A DNA stretch of 64,000 bases, from positions 195,101 through 259,100 of the forward strand of contig JAWKRB010000006.1 in NCBI GenBank assembly GCA_041389885.1. Reading direction: 5' to 3'. Shown here in pieces: positions 63,525 through 64,000 of the stretch; position 1 is the first letter of the stretch, and each line of letters starts with the position of its first letter. Below the pieces are notes generated by a model. The model saw only the letters and a list, made by a program, of their open reading frames with translations. It was not told where the DNA came from and did no database searches. Position numbers and translations under genes: made by a program. Source of the stretch: Polyangiales bacterium. Its GTDB lineage: Bacteria > Myxococcota_A > Polyangia > Polyangiales > Ga0077539.

Positions 63525-64000
63525 ATGAAGATCGTCAGCTGGAACGTCAACGGCATCCGCGCCGGGCTGAAGAACGGCTTCCTCGACTGGTTCAAGGCCG
63601 AAGACCCCGACCTGCTCTCGCTGCAAGAGATCCGCGCCGAGTGGCACGAGCTCGACCTGATGACCCAGGCCGCGCTGGGCGCGCACCACGACGTGTGCTG
63701 GTTCCCGTCGTCGGCGAAGAAGGGGTACGCGGGGTCTGCGACCTTGTCTCGCAAGGGCCTGGGCTTCAAGCACGTCAAGGGGATGGGCTCGCCCGAGGTC
63801 GACGCCGAGGGGCGCATGGTGGTCAGCGAGCACCCCGGCTTCACCTTCGTCGCCGGCTACTTCCCCAACGCCTCGTCGGAGCTGGTGCGCCTTGATTTCA
63901 AGCGCAGGTTCTCGAGGGACCTGACCGCGCTCGTGCAGCGCCTGCACGCCGAGGGCAAGCAGGTGGTGATGGTGGGCGACATGAACGTGGCGCCCGAGGA
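63525..64000 (+). CDS. xthA: Exodeoxyribonuclease III (partial; runs off the window end)
   Basis: [23 protein letters not shown]...LQEIRA...GYAGSATL... Confidence 0.85.
   Translation, partial: MKIVSWNVNGIRAGLKNGFLDWFKAEDPDLLSLQEIRAEWHELDLMTQAALGAHHDVCWFPSSAKKGYAGSATLSRKGLGFKHVKGMGSPEVDAEGRMVVSEHPGFTFVAGYFPNASSELVRLDFKRRFSRDLTALVQRLHAEGKQVVMVGDMNVAPE

Noticed and set aside
61906-63844. 540-aa plus ORF and 633-aa minus ORF overlapping the monooxygenase-OYE gene
   Set aside because: They are alternate-frame or antisense artefacts. The monooxygenase frame has clear FAD-binding motifs.

Overview
This window is a ~72% GC, gene-dense chromosomal region with clear Myxococcota (myxobacterial) hallmarks: DUF4388 and DUF4397 proteins, MYXO-CTERM-like Cys/TM/RRRRR tails, Ser/Thr kinases and pseudokinases, and a cysteine-repeat lipoprotein. 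It mixes core housekeeping genes (secA, grxD, lolA, groES-groEL with two CIRCE operators, rpoZ, thiL, a partial dcw cluster rsmH-ftsL-ftsI-murE-murF-mraY-ftsW-murG, fcl, panE, queD, proA, hppA, xthA) with envelope, surface and signalling genes that look lineage-specific. The lineage-specific genes include a 1060-aa lipoprotein built from about ten tandem Cys-rich modules, a large coiled-coil protein coupled to an OmpA-TSP3 protein, a TM pseudokinase with a coupled partner, an orphan His-rich larC next to a REC-GAF-PAS-HisKA protein lacking an ATPase domain, a degenerate FHA/sigma-54-like regulator, and a matrixin-PSI metalloprotease. Several probable frameshifts or pseudogenes are visible: the metalloprotease C-terminus with a MYXO-CTERM-like tail spread over three frames, a Ser/Thr kinase tail, and an FAD-monooxygenase-OYE fusion. 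No rRNA, tRNA, CRISPR or obvious mobile elements were found. Many long ORFs in the six-frame track are antisense GC-frame artefacts and are not reported. Coordinates are derived from the ORF track and may be off by about 1 nt where I re-derived starts by hand.
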